51,744 nt of DNA from Vicugna vicugna (lineage: Eukaryota), in the NCBI GenBank assembly GCA_013265495.1, contig MU058687.1, positions 3,908,001-3,959,744 on the forward strand. The letters run 5' to 3'. The notes under the pieces were generated by a model. The model saw only the letters and a program-made list of their open reading frames with translations, was not told the origin of the DNA and did not search any database. This document shows, piece after piece, positions 36,401 to 47,794 of this stretch. Made by a program: the position numbers and the translations under genes. Within the stretch, counting starts at the first letter, position 1; each line of letters opens with the position of its first letter.

Positions 36401-36850
36401 TCCCTTTAGGATTCTAAGGGAAGACAAGCTGTATAGGAACATCATTGCAGGTTGGTAGAGGTTCCAGGAAAAGCTCCCTTATAATTATTTCCATTCACCT
36501 GGTTCTGGTCAGTGACATTTAGACTGAAAAGGAGAGTCATAACTCCTTTAATTTATTTGTCAATTATTTTTGAGCATTTTCTATGACCCAGTTACTGTGC
36601 TAGGTGATGGGGCTACAGTTGCATATATTTCAGCCTTCAAAGATTTATTTGCTCAAACGATTATCCTCCAAATATTTATTCTGTTTTTCTTGTACCATTA
36701 ATGGGTGTAGGTAGCTGTATTTTTTCCTTCTTCTTAAAGGCTAGAGAATACAGGCAAATGCAGATGATCAAGCCTCTTTTATTGTTCCACTCCTAGTTTA
36801 TTCTTTCTCCCTTTCTTTTGCTTACTTACTAGCCACTTCTACAAAGGCAG

Positions 36851-37395
36851 TATATATATCTATGGCTGCATAACAAATTAACCCAGAATTTAGCAGCTGG
36901 AAACATTTCTTATTTCATAGTTTCAGTGGTTTAGGAACCCAGGCATGCCTTAGCTGTGTCCTGTGTCTCAGAAAATCAAGGTGGGGCTGCAGTCATCTCA
37001 AGGGTTGACTGGGGAAAGATCTGCTTTAAACTCACTCGCGTAGTTGCTGGCAGGATTTAGTTCCTTGCAGGTTGCTGGAGTGCAGACCTCAGTTCCTCAC
37101 TGGCTGTTGGCCAGAGGCTTCCCTCATTGCCTTGTCACACAGACCTCTCTGTGGGGCAGCTCAGGACATGGCAGTTTGCTTCATCTGAGAGCAGGTGAGA
37201 AGAGCCAGAGAGTATGAACAAGACCAAAGCTACAATATTTTGTAACATAAACTAGGAAGTCACATTCCATGACTTTTATTGTATCCTATTCATTAAGAGC
37301 ACTTCACTAGATCTAAAAAAGTGGAGACGATTACACCTTGGCATAAATACCAGGAGGCAAGGATCATTGGGACCATTTTAGAAGTTGGATACTGT
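36851..37395 (-). mobile_element. ERVL-MaLR solo LTR (MLT1F-like)
   Basis: atctatggctgcataacaaattaacccagaatttagcagctggaaaca...gggctgcagtcatctcaaggg...aaataccaggaggcaaggatcattgggaccattttagaag. Confidence 0.85.
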
Positions 37396-39338
37396 GGACA
37401 GAGTGATAGTTTAATTCTAGGGGGTAGTTGATATGAGAAGCTTAAGACATAATAAATTACCTATCAGCTACCCCTTACCCATTCATAGCTGTCATCCCTT
37501 TTCATATTTTCTGTCTTAGCACGTAGAAAGATACAGAGACAGAGAGACAGAGACAGACATACATGGAATTGGGGGTGAGAAGCCAAAAGAGAGTATTATT
37601 TTTTACAAAGAACTATCAAGTATTAAACTTGGAAAGGGTGTTAGAATGCCTTATGCAAATGAAGAAACAGTAACCTAGTTATCTCTGGTGGAGCTCCCCA
37701 GGATCCATCATACTTGCTAATCCAAGAACTCTGGGTCCCCAAGGAGATCCACAAAGGCCCAGAGACATTTTCCAGAAGACGGCCTCCTTCTTCTTCCAGC
37801 CCCAACCTGAGCCTCATGGGAGATCACACGACCAGTGTTTATCATTTACTTCCCTGCCACATTGAAAGGCTCACTTAGGAGTCCTGTCACCCGCATGCTA
37901 CCTTTCTAGCAAGACCTTTGTTACATAGGCTGATTCTGCTTTATGCCTAGAAAAAAATGCTTGTTTAGGATAAATATTAGTTTATATAATTAACATATCT
38001 GCCACACTTGGGTCAATAAATTTTATACCTCATCTACAGGGCCAGCTGCCTTCTGGGAGCCAGTCAGTCTGGGGCTGTGGGCTGAGCATGCTGGGTAACA
38101 AGGCTGCAAGTCTGCTTACAGAACACAGTCCCATAGCCTATGACCGTTCTTTTCTGCATTTGAGTAGCAATAGCTAAAAATGCATAAGGGCTTGATCAAA
38201 GAATTTTACATTTGTTATTTTCACTTTTTGTTTGTTTGTTTACTTTTGGAGCAGCAGCCTGCCTGTCAAAAATATCAGCTTTTACTTTTGGTTTGCAATC
38301 TACGTAGACCCAATTGTGCCTCGGCTACTTTGATATGATGTTAGCTACTTAGGGCAGTTGCAGGAAATGGTACGCAAGGGTTAAACTCCCTTGCCTCTCC
38401 ATTTGTTTTGTGATGCTGTTGAAAATCTTGAACTACTCAAACGGAGAGGAGGAGGCAGAGGATAAATGGCTATAGGATGTTTGGAGAAGGCAGCAATGAT
38501 AGTTGACTGCTCCCACGAACTCTCTTCCATGGCCTGACACCATAAGTCTCTGTCCAGTGTAAATCTGAGTAACTTACAAACTCTGTATGTATGTTTTTGC
38601 ACTGGACAATATCTAAGAATAAATGATGTACAAAAAGAACTGTAGTTACTTGGGAAAAGAATAGCACCATTTTATTTTATATTTAATGTCACTGGCAAAT
38701 GAGTGAGGATGGGTAAATGTCTATTGGTGACTTACTGGCTCTTACCTGGCTTAACAATATTATTTGAAATCTGTTTATTTAGTTATTAGCAAGTCTTGGC
38801 ACACTAAAATAGTACTTGCAGGCAAAATATTAAATTACTTGTTCACGCTTAGATTTTTTAAAAAGCCACTCTTAGAAATGATAAACGAATTTTAAAAGGC
38901 TTAATTGATAACAAGATGGTGGGATATGTGGTCAGATGCAAATCAAATAGGCTGGAAGAAAAGGCCAAGAAAGCAGCAGATAACAGGTGAGTATCCCAGA
39001 AGCCAGCTGGTTGGTCTCAGGGACATATGGCAGGGATGCAGGGTGTGGGCAGGGATGTAGGGAGTGGACTGGAATTTTAGTCTTTGGGAGAACTGGGGTG
39101 GAGCAGGCCTATATCAACAACCTGAGGTCAGGGCAAGCAAGATAGTGAGGAATGATGAGATTTCAGTATAAGAGCTTGGGCAGGTCAGGACCACAATCAG
39201 CAGGATCAGGATTAGGGCTCTTGGGTCTTGAACTTCTTTCATTCTCCTTGGCCAGAGGCAAGGCTGGTCCCAGGGCCTGGGACATTTGCTTGAAGGTGGA
39301 TTTTATATGATACCCAACAAAAGGAGACGCATTATTCT

Positions 39339-39493
39339 AGAGTCACCGTATGTCCCAGTTTCTCTAGAATGGGCCCACTTTATATATACCTGCTCCAGTA
39401 GGATAATTAACAATGCTCCCATTTCACTTCAAAGGGACTAGTTTGGTTACTTTTGATGATAAATGATTCAGTGATAAATGGTAAGTTACCCTA
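39339..39493. mobile_element. MER94-like hAT-Blackjack DNA transposon
   Basis: agagtcaccgtatgtcccagtttctctagaa...ataattaacaatgctcccatttcacttcaaaggg...gttacccta resembles the MER94 consensus (agggtgaccatatgtcccggttt...ggtcacccta). Confidence 0.7.
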
Positions 39494-39494
39494 A

Positions 39495-39780
39495 TAATTT
39501 CCCAAAATGTGTTCCATAGAAAACCTGTCCTGTAGAATGTTACACAGAAGCCACAAAAGCAGAAATCTCTGGTCACTTAAGTATGGAGAAACCAGAATTA
39601 ACTGAAGTTAAATAGGGTTCTTTACTTCAGGACTTCTCATTGCCTTTAATGTGTTAACGTGTGGTATAAATCTCCAAGAGGGGCATAGGGTTCTTACTTT
39701 TCCATCCTAAATTGATCTCCTGGCACACTGTGGTACCCCTGAGATTGCTGTTCTACGGGACACACCTTGGGGAACTTTAG
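39495..39780. mobile_element. hAT-Charlie non-autonomous MER (MER103-like)
   Basis: tttcccaaaatgtgttccatagaa...caggacttctcattgcctttaatgtgttaa...aatctccaagagggg...gggacacaccttggggaac; degenerate terminal inverted repeats. Confidence 0.6.
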
Positions 39781-40168
39781 TTAATTGCATATGGGGTCAC
39801 AGAAGTGGGTCATCACTCTTCATGTACTGGGGAGTTCCATGAAGTCAGCAGCCATTGGTTAAATAAGCAATTACTTGAGAGAACAAGTGTAGGGTCTCTC
39901 AGAGTCTTCTAATTTGCTGATTATTGGCTGACATTCGCAGCAGTGTATGTTCTATGTGATTAGCTGGAGTAGCAATCTGCAGAATGACTAGTTCTCAAGC
40001 CCTGTGGCAAACCTATCTACTAGTTAGGACAGGGTAAGGATGAGAATTTTCTTTGTTTAGTCTGTCATTGCATAGTGTCCTTAAAGGAAAGGGTATTGAG
40101 AACATAATGGGTCAGCAGTTAGTGTTTGTGTGTCTGTTTGTGGGGAAGGGATCTCAGGAAATACGTAT

Positions 40169-40645
40169 TTTTTAAATTTTGGGTTTTTTTATTGAAGTGT
40201 AGTTGATTTACAATGTTAGTTTCAGGTGTACGGCAAAGCAACTCAGTTATACATATGAACATGTATATAATTTTTTTCAGATTCTTTTCCATTGTATGTT
40301 CTTATAAGAAATTGAATACAGTTTCCTTGTGCTATACAGTAGGTCCTTGTTGTTTACCTATTTAATACATAGTAACGTGCATCTCTGCTCTGTTAATCCC
40401 AGACTGCTCATTTATCTCTCCCTGGGCCTTTCCCCTTTGGTAACCATAGTTTGTTTTCTGTATCTGTGAGTCTATTTTTGGTTTGTAAGTAAGACTTATG
40501 TCATTTTTTTAGATTCCAAATGTAAGTGATATCATATGATATTTGCCTTTCTCTGGCTGACTTACTTCACTTAATATGATAATCTCTAGTCTATCCATGT
40601 TGCTGCAAGTGGCATTATTTCATTCTTTTTTTTATGACTGAGTAG
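40169..40645 (-). mobile_element. 5'-truncated LINE-1 inserted into a MER5 element
   Basis: ttttattgaagtgtagttgatttacaatgttagtttcaggtgtac...tggctgacttacttcacttaatatgataatctctagtctatccatgttgctgcaagtggc. Minus-strand peptide KKNEIMPLAATWID matches the L1 ORF2p C-terminus. MER5 halves lie at ~40140-40168 and ~40650-40720. Confidence 0.92.
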
Positions 40646-41859
40646 GTTTATGTGTATGTTTAACCAGCATTTCAGATAATTCTGACAAAGGTGGCCCTGA
40701 GACCATTTGCTGAGAAACATTTCCTGGGGGTTCTGCTGAGGGACTCTTTTGCTGTTAAAACACCATAATGATTCTCTAATTATGTGAGTCTTCTGGTAGG
40801 CTGAGCTCCCACTGTATGCCACATGCTACGCTTTGTGCTTTCTACATACCTGTGCTTAATATTTGCTATGCTAAATAATCCTTCATAATAACCCTGAAAT
40901 TTAGTGTTATTATCCCCAGATAGGTGGGAATAACAAAAAATGTTTAAAGATGGACTGTTCGGTGGGCCTGATCTCCTCATATTAGGCTGTCCCTTTCAGA
41001 CCCCCAAAGGAGGTCTTGGTTCTTACACCTCCCCCTCAACGACTCCCCAGGTCATGGATACATGAGCCAGGACTCCAGTCTGTGTCTTTGCCCTCAGGCT
41101 GTTACACAGAACTCACTTGGAGCCTTAGAAAGCGTAAGACTGTTCCATTACAAACAGGATCATATGCTGACACATTTTCTCTGTCTGCCTGGTAGAGTGG
41201 GTCTATCAAACAAGCTAATCCAGGGAGAATGATGAAGCATTGATCTCCTAGGTCTTACCCAGTGTGTAGACTGAAGTCAACCTGCATGGAAAAGTTTTCT
41301 TGAAATAAGGTGGAGGAGGGAATAGAGCAAGAAAAGGAGAAAAAGACTTGCTTTTTTCTGTTACAAAATTAAAATCCAGACAAATAGCAAAAGTGGCTTT
41401 TTTGTTTTTAGCTGGGCCAAAGAACACATTTTCTTTTCATATTATTGAAAGACCCAGGCTGCCTGTGATTACAGCAAGGATTTCAAACTTAAAAGTCCGG
41501 GAAGTCTTGGAAGGTGCCAAGCAAGCATGAGGACTGCCTGTTGTGTGGGGTCTGCTATGATAACTTGAGGAAGACGTGTCCCTTCTACAGGGGGCTGCCC
41601 TTTGCAGGGTCAGTGAATGAAACTCCTCAGGGAAATATGGTCATCATTTTGCCAAAAATTTCCATTTTAAAGGAAAAGTTGAATATCTATCTTTTTATTT
41701 AATTTTTCTGATTTTTTTGATACTGCATTTAATTTAAATGTTTAAAGCACTCTATCCGCCAAAACATGCAGACTTCCACCCAGTGACCTCTGTTCTACTG
41801 TTACAGGAGGGCAAACCTGTCACTGAAACTAAAGAACATGATTTACTGGATGGCGACAG

Positions 41860-42050
41860 TGTTTTAGGCATTCTGCAATACCTCATAAAGTTCCCAGAAT
41901 AACTCTCTGTTTAGAAATCATCACAGCCATCTTACAGATGAAAATGAAGTTCGAAGATGTTAAAAGGCTAAGTTCACACAATTTACAAGTGGCTAATGCA
42001 GGTCTGAATTCAGGTTGGTTTGACTGGAAAGAGCTCAGGTTTAGTGATAA
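41860..42050 (-). mobile_element. MIR SINE
   Basis: ccatcttacagatgaaaatgaagttcgaagatgttaaaaggc...caagtggctaatgcaggtctgaattcaggttggtttgactggaaag. Confidence 0.7.
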
Positions 42051-43784
42051 TGTGCCTCCTCTCCTCTGGGGAATAAGAGTCCTTCTCAAGCTTATTACAT
42101 CACTATCCAAGGTCAGTGTTTGGCGTCTTGGGCCATGCCACCCCACTGGTATATGCAGCAGACGCTGGACTGGCTCCCCTTTGATTAGCTGAACTACAAG
42201 TCAGTAATTGATCACCACCTTTTCCGGGGTTGTCAAGCTTAGATTTATTCCATTTTGTGAAATCACCCTTCCGTGTCCTTGAAGTCCCTATGTATAGTGT
42301 ACATTTTCTAGATTCCACATTAGCTAGATATTTCATGTGTGAAATTAAGCTTCCTGAATTGTAACCAAAATGTGGCTATTAGCCTCCAATTGGAGATATA
42401 TGTGTCTGTCCTCTGATGTGCCAGTTATCTTTAAAATTAAGGTAAATTGTCATTCATTTTATATTGGGAATTTTGTGACACTTTTTGAGACACCTTGAAT
42501 CTGAGTCGCTACACAGCCAGCACGAGGAGTCCAGGCTGTAATCTGTGCCTGTTACTTGCTTTTGGATGGATTATGAACTCCTAGAGGATTAGGTCTGTGT
42601 CTGTATAGTTCTGTTTAGACGGAGATGAAGGCTTTCACAGCATTGTCTATAATTGGGTGTTTGATAAATGCTTTTTGATGAGGATAATGGTATGGAAATA
42701 AAACTCGTGAGATCCAGAGTCTGCCTGGATTTTGTAGCCTCCTTAGGGAAGAAGAGGTGAATGTGAATGCTTGGGCACATAGGACTGGGGATCTCTTTCC
42801 AGAAACCGTGTGCTCTCCTGGCTTGGAATACTAGGAAGAGGAAAACTTGAAGGCTGTGACTAAGACAGAAATTCTGTTGATCGACACTAACTCCGTTTGG
42901 AACCCGTGATGCATCTCATAGGCTTCAGATTTCTTGACAAATCACACCAAGGTTTACTCAGTCACTGCCATTACTGTGTGTAATCACAGGCACACCGGTG
43001 CCCAAGAGGGGTGAAGGCAGAGGTTAATGCTTTCTTTATATTTGCATCATTACTTGGACGCTGGCTTTCGTGGTCAGATTGGTTTTATAAGCTTTTCCCA
43101 TCTAGCTTTCTGAAGTCTTTTCAGATGGTCTAGTTTAGGGCCATTTTACAGTTGTCTTTTTCTCATATTGTTTTGTATGCTAGAAAATAGGTAAAGAAAA
43201 TTCAAGATATGAGCTACTGATACTACCATGCACACTAAAGTAAATATCAAGTCTTTTGTTGAGCTTTCTAAAGGCCAGATTTTATTACCTTTTTGTCTAA
43301 AATGTTAAAAATGTAGCCAGTTCTAAACGGCTGCCCTGCACATATCAAAAGGTCCTTAGAAGTTTTCTCTTTCGCCTCCGTGGTGAATTCTTTAAACAAA
43401 TCGGTTTTGGGCTTGCACGCCAGTGTGAGTGTACCTAAGGACACTGAAAGGAGCACTTGAAATGCTAAATTTTATGTTTTGTATATTTTGCCACAACATA
43501 GACAATTTTATTTTAAACATCTACTCGAGATCGTCAGACTGATCTGGGTACCTGGAGCACGGGCGGCATGTCCATGCAGCACTGTAGGTGTGTGGGTAGA
43601 GAATATTACCCTACAACACTCAAGTGCAAGACACATTATATTATTTTATTTTCCCTACATCAAACTAAGTTTGGCTCTGAGCTCCTATCTATTGAAAGTG
43701 TGTGTGGGAAGACCAATTGCATTATGTTTGAGGGGACACATTTCACAGGATTCTTCAAAAATTGGGGTGAGACTTTTCACAAGA

Positions 43785-43930
43785 TCAGAAGCGGGGTGGA
43801 GGACTGGATCCTTCCCACGGGGCCCCGTTGTAATTATTTCTCTACTTGCCACGTGACGCCGCTCTCCAATTTGGCCCTTCCTGTTTGTCAAGCTCATAGG
43901 CTTGCTGGTCGCAGAGAGGCCCCCCATCGT
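43785..43930. promoter_or_regulatory. Candidate enhancer or alternative promoter (motif cluster with retained CpGs)
   Basis: GT-box gcggggtgg, RBPJ site TTCCCACG (43812-43819), E-box CCACGTGAC (43849-43857), CCAAT (43866-43870), ETS core CTTCCTG (43877-43883); eight CpGs in ~140 bp. Motif-level evidence only. Confidence 0.4.
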
Positions 43931-44439
43931 AGCCCCCTCTACTTGACAACAAACTTGACCTGAGAGACATGGTCTGCTCTTCTGCAGGCTGCAGCACTGG
44001 TTCCACAGCAACCTGCAGGGGTCCCTTCCATCGTGGGCAGTACTTCAGAGGGGACGTGGGTCTCTGATATTCACAGAAACTCACAATTCCTGATCCCTTT
44101 TCTAACTGAGAAAATCTCATCCCCTCTGGCTGGACTCTGGGCTTCCCTAAACCCCAGCACTCAATCAGCCCAGGCTCCCAGACAAGCTTTTGTAGTGAGG
44201 AACATTGAATTCTGGGTGCCTGCTAACTTTGACTTTTCTGTCTTAAGACACAGAAGTTGTTGGTGATTTGGAAAGTGAAGGACTGAGACTCAGAACAGGA
44301 TGCCTAGGGTCTTCTTAATGTGAGGGAGGTAAAAATGCTTCTCTGTTTTCTGAATGTCTGAGGCAGCTAGAACAAGCGACGAGTCTTCCAACAGTTTTTT
44401 TTGTTTGTTTGTTTTTTGCTATGCAAGCATTGGTATTAG

Positions 44440-44700
44440 TAACATGGCAGTTGCAAGTGTGGCTTTAGAGACAGAGAGCTTGGGTTTGAATCCTGGCTCT
44501 GCCACTCACTAGCTATGTGACCTTGGGCAAGTTATCTAGTTTCCCATGCCTCAATTTCCTCACCTATAAAATAGAAATGACAAAAGTATTTTTATCATGA
44601 ATGTATTGTGAGAAACGAATACATTAATAGATGTGAAGTACATAAAACATTGAGCCTGGCATGTAGAAATTGCTCAGTATGAGGAAGCTATGATAATAAT
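44440..44700 (+). mobile_element. MIR SINE (near full length)
   Basis: ttgggtttgaatcctggctctgccactcactagctatgtgaccttgggcaagtta...gcctcaatttcctcacctataaaatag...gcctggcatgtagaa. Confidence 0.92.
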
Positions 44701-45714
44701 AATAATTATTACATAACATCATCAAGACTGGTCATTCAGTGTTAATTCTGTGGAACTCTATGCTTAGTTTTAATTTCAAGGAATCCAAGAAAGCAGAAAA
44801 ATACTCTCTACTAAATTTGGTATTGGTTCTGAGACACTTCCAAATAATCTTCTGTCAGGAGTCCCTCCTGGGATATCGAACATTTCCACATGTCTCAGAG
44901 GAGCGCTATAAATTTTACCATTTTATGAAATTCCGATTCTTTTGCTTTCAGAATTCTATAGCTGGACCATGGAAAGAAGGTTATTCAAATGTGCAAAATA
45001 ATCAAGCCATGCTGAAACTCAGGCATGACTTGCAGATTGAGCCAAGCCCTGTCCCTTATTAATCTAGGTAATTTGCTTTTCTCATTTGATCCCTGGCCTT
45101 TCAGTGAGTGTTGTTCTCACTTCTTTCCAGGCTTGCCGCACGACTTCTAAGTTTCAGGGATAATTCCTTGAGACTCTTAGTTAGGAGAGGCTGCAACAGG
45201 TGAAGTGCTGTAAGTAGCAATGTCCCATTGTTAGCACTGATGTTTTTTTCCCCTGGATGGTAACATCCAACCTGAACTGACAGCTGGTAAGCACCACATT
45301 TTTGCCTTTTCCTGTGATTGTGTGTGATTGGTTGCTTTAGAAAAAAAAATTATTTCTTGAATGGCTTAAGGTTTCATAAATGATAGAAATAGTTTCTTTC
45401 TGGCTTGAATAGAGCAGTAAAGCATGTCCCTGACCCGTGACCCCCTCCACACCCAGTGTCTTCTCATCCCCAGTGTCTCCTATTCTGATATCACTGAGAT
45501 GTTTATTGCCTCACTAGTAGAAAAACATCAAACTACAGGGCCAGTGCTTACTCATGCTATTCCCAGGGTTCAGTGTTTGAATATATTGGACATGTTTTAA
45601 GCCACTGGCTCATAACTTTTGTGTCATAATTCAGTGGTATGTCTTGACAGTTGACAGTTTCCTCATCTGTCATCTCTTAGAAAATATGTAAAAAGTTAAT
45701 CACAGGTATCTGCT

Positions 45715-45930
45715 TATATTAGCTAGATTGATGTTAGCTGATTAACAGATGAACCTTAAAATATCAGTGACTTAACCACATAGATGTTAATTTCCCACTT
45801 ATCTATGAAGCCCAGCTGTAGGTAGGGAGTGGAGAACTAGGCTAGTGGAGGCTGGGCCATCTTCAACAAGTGGCTTCAAAGGAAGCCCTCAGTGTAATCT
45901 CTATTCACAGATGGAGAAGGAAAGGATTTT
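45715..45930 (-). mobile_element. MLT1J/K-like LTR, first part
   Basis: tatattagctag...aaccttaaaatatcagtgacttaaccaca...ccatcttcaacaagtggcttcaa. Confidence 0.55.
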
Positions 45931-46254
45931 CAGTAATTTTTGTTTGCTTTTTTTTGCAGAAAAGTCATAGTAGGTAGGTAAGATGGAGCTTCAGATAGAG
46001 TTGTGGTTAACTGTGGAGAAGAGCTAAAAGGAGCTAAAAGGTGAAATTGACAGCTTTCCCTTTAGCTGTTTATCCTTCATTACTTAGAATCACAGAGTGT
46101 TAGACTTGAAAGGGTCTATAAATCAACTTGCTCATTTTCCTACTCCCAGGAGATCTAGTTCCAGAACCCAAGACTTCCAGCTCCTAGGCAAATTGACAGG
46201 CTTCTTCACATGGGGCCCACTTCTGTAAGAGTGCCCTGGCATTGGTCACTCTGC

Positions 46255-46400
46255 TGGGTTTGAATCCTGGCTATACCACTTAGGAGTTGAGCAAGTTATA
46301 TTATCTACTAAAGGATAATTTTAATAACCTCTTCATTGGGTGGTTGTGAGTATTAAATACACAATGTCTGACACACACTGCATGTGAAATAAATAGGACC
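46255..46400 (+). mobile_element. MIR fragment
   Basis: ctgggtttgaatcctggctataccacttag...aggataattttaataacctcttcattgggtggttgtgagtattaaat. Confidence 0.7.
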
Positions 46401-46419
46401 TGTCATATTCAGACTCTAA

Positions 46420-46855
46420 ATTTTGAAAAATGATCACAATAATTCTCCACCCTGAATCCAGGTCCTAGGGTTATCCCCTCCCACACTGATCCTGGGCTTG
46501 GCCACATGACTTGCTTTGGCCAATGGGACAATAGCAAATGTGATACAAGGAGAGAGTTGGAAAATGCCTAGAGGCTTGCCATCGCTTGCTTCTCTTGGGG
46601 GTTCCTGCAGTTCCACCATGTGGATGAGCCTGGGATAGCCTGATGAATGATGAGGGATATGTGGCCAAGTCATCCTCATCATCTCAGATGATAAGGCAAT
46701 TCCCAGATGTGTAAGTAAGGCCACCTCAGTCATCTGGCCCCAGGCCACAGATCAGCCCAGATCAGACGAACCACCAAGCTTACCCACAGAATTTTAAGAA
46801 ATAATAAAAATTTGTTATTTTAAATGAGTGGTTCATTATCCAGCTAACTGATACA
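46420..46855 (+). mobile_element. ERVL-MaLR LTR (MLT1G/H-like), sense orientation
   Basis: ctgggcttggccacatgacttgctttggccaatgggacaatagcaaatgtgatacaag...agaaataataaaaatttgttattttaa...agctaactgataca, the MLT1 3' terminus. Confidence 0.85.
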
Positions 46856-46856
46856 A

Positions 46857-47020
46857 AGGGATCACACTCAAGAGGTTTATATGGGCCAGATCTAGAACTG
46901 GTACCCATCATTTCAGTGAATCTGTCACATGGTCCCACCTAACTGCAAGGGAGACTCTAAAACCAGAAGCCAGAAAGAAAAGGAACGAGGCTCATAGAAT
47001 AGCTGGCCAGTGTCTGTCAC
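46857..47020 (-). mobile_element. MLT1J/K-like LTR, second part
   Basis: gtcacatggtcccacctaactgcaagggagactc...gaatagctggccagtgtctgtcaca. Confidence 0.65.
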
Positions 47021-47571
47021 ACTGATTTACCTTTGCTTTGTAAAAAGAACCCTTAGGTGGTAATCTGAGTGGAACAACTTCCCGGGCAAGTTCCTTGGGC
47101 TAAGTCACTAGACAGTCCCTTTTAGTTTATTTGTTTGGTACAGGGAGACAGGAAAAGGATGGAAAGATGTGCTGCCTTCCTGGGAGGCAGTCTGGTAAAT
47201 CTGTTCCTGCCAAGGTTCTGCAATCCTGGGAGAAGGCACCTTCAGACAAAAACCACAAGGTGGGAAGAGTTTTACGCTGTGATCTCTGAGAATAAGAGAT
47301 TTTTATTTCTTTTTACTGAGAAGGAAGTCAGGGCATCCATCTTTGAGAGTGTCATTGATACATTTTTGCCTTCTGCCATATAGGGTCTGGAGCATCCTGC
47401 CCCCATGCTCAGAAAAATTAGACAAGCTAGCTCAATTCTGTTTGCCCCAGTATGCCTCATCCCCAACCATCTGTCAGTAAGACCTTCTTCCTTTTCATCT
47501 CCTTCCCACATTTGGATCTCTGGGTCTGGGGACAGACATCTCAGAGACAGTGACTCTGATGAGAAAGGCAG

Positions 47572-47750
47572 CCTGGCAGTACAGAAAGCACCCTGCTTTG
47601 GAGTCAGACTGTCCAGGTTCCAATGCTGCCTCCACCACATTAATTAGCTCTGTGTGATATTGCATGACTTCTGTAAGCCTCAGTTTTGACAATCAAAGTG
47701 ATATTTATAAGGAACATGGCACATAGTAGGTACTTATTAAATGTTAGCCA
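47572..47750 (+). mobile_element. MIR SINE (internally deleted)
   Basis: gctttggagtcagactgtccaggttccaatgctgcctccaccac...agcctcagttt...tggcacatagtaggtacttattaaatgttagc. Confidence 0.8.
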
Positions 47751-47794
47751 TTATTATTATTATCATTATTATTATTATCATCATCATCATCATC
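47750..47794. repeat. (TTA)n(TCA)n compound microsatellite at the MIR tail
   Basis: Directly visible. Confidence 0.92.

Noticed and set aside
38951..38986. 36-nt micro-exon candidate (LEEKAKKAADN) with perfect donor cag|gtgagt
   Set aside because: The upstream AG (gatgcaaatcaaatag) has no polypyrimidine tract and the peptide is not recognised.
13945..46041. Short local direct repeats (gatgttgatcta x2 at ~13945, gacttagctagact x2 at ~19334, gagctaaaag x2 at 46021)
   Set aside because: These are ordinary slippage micro-duplications, not a CRISPR-like or otherwise regular array.
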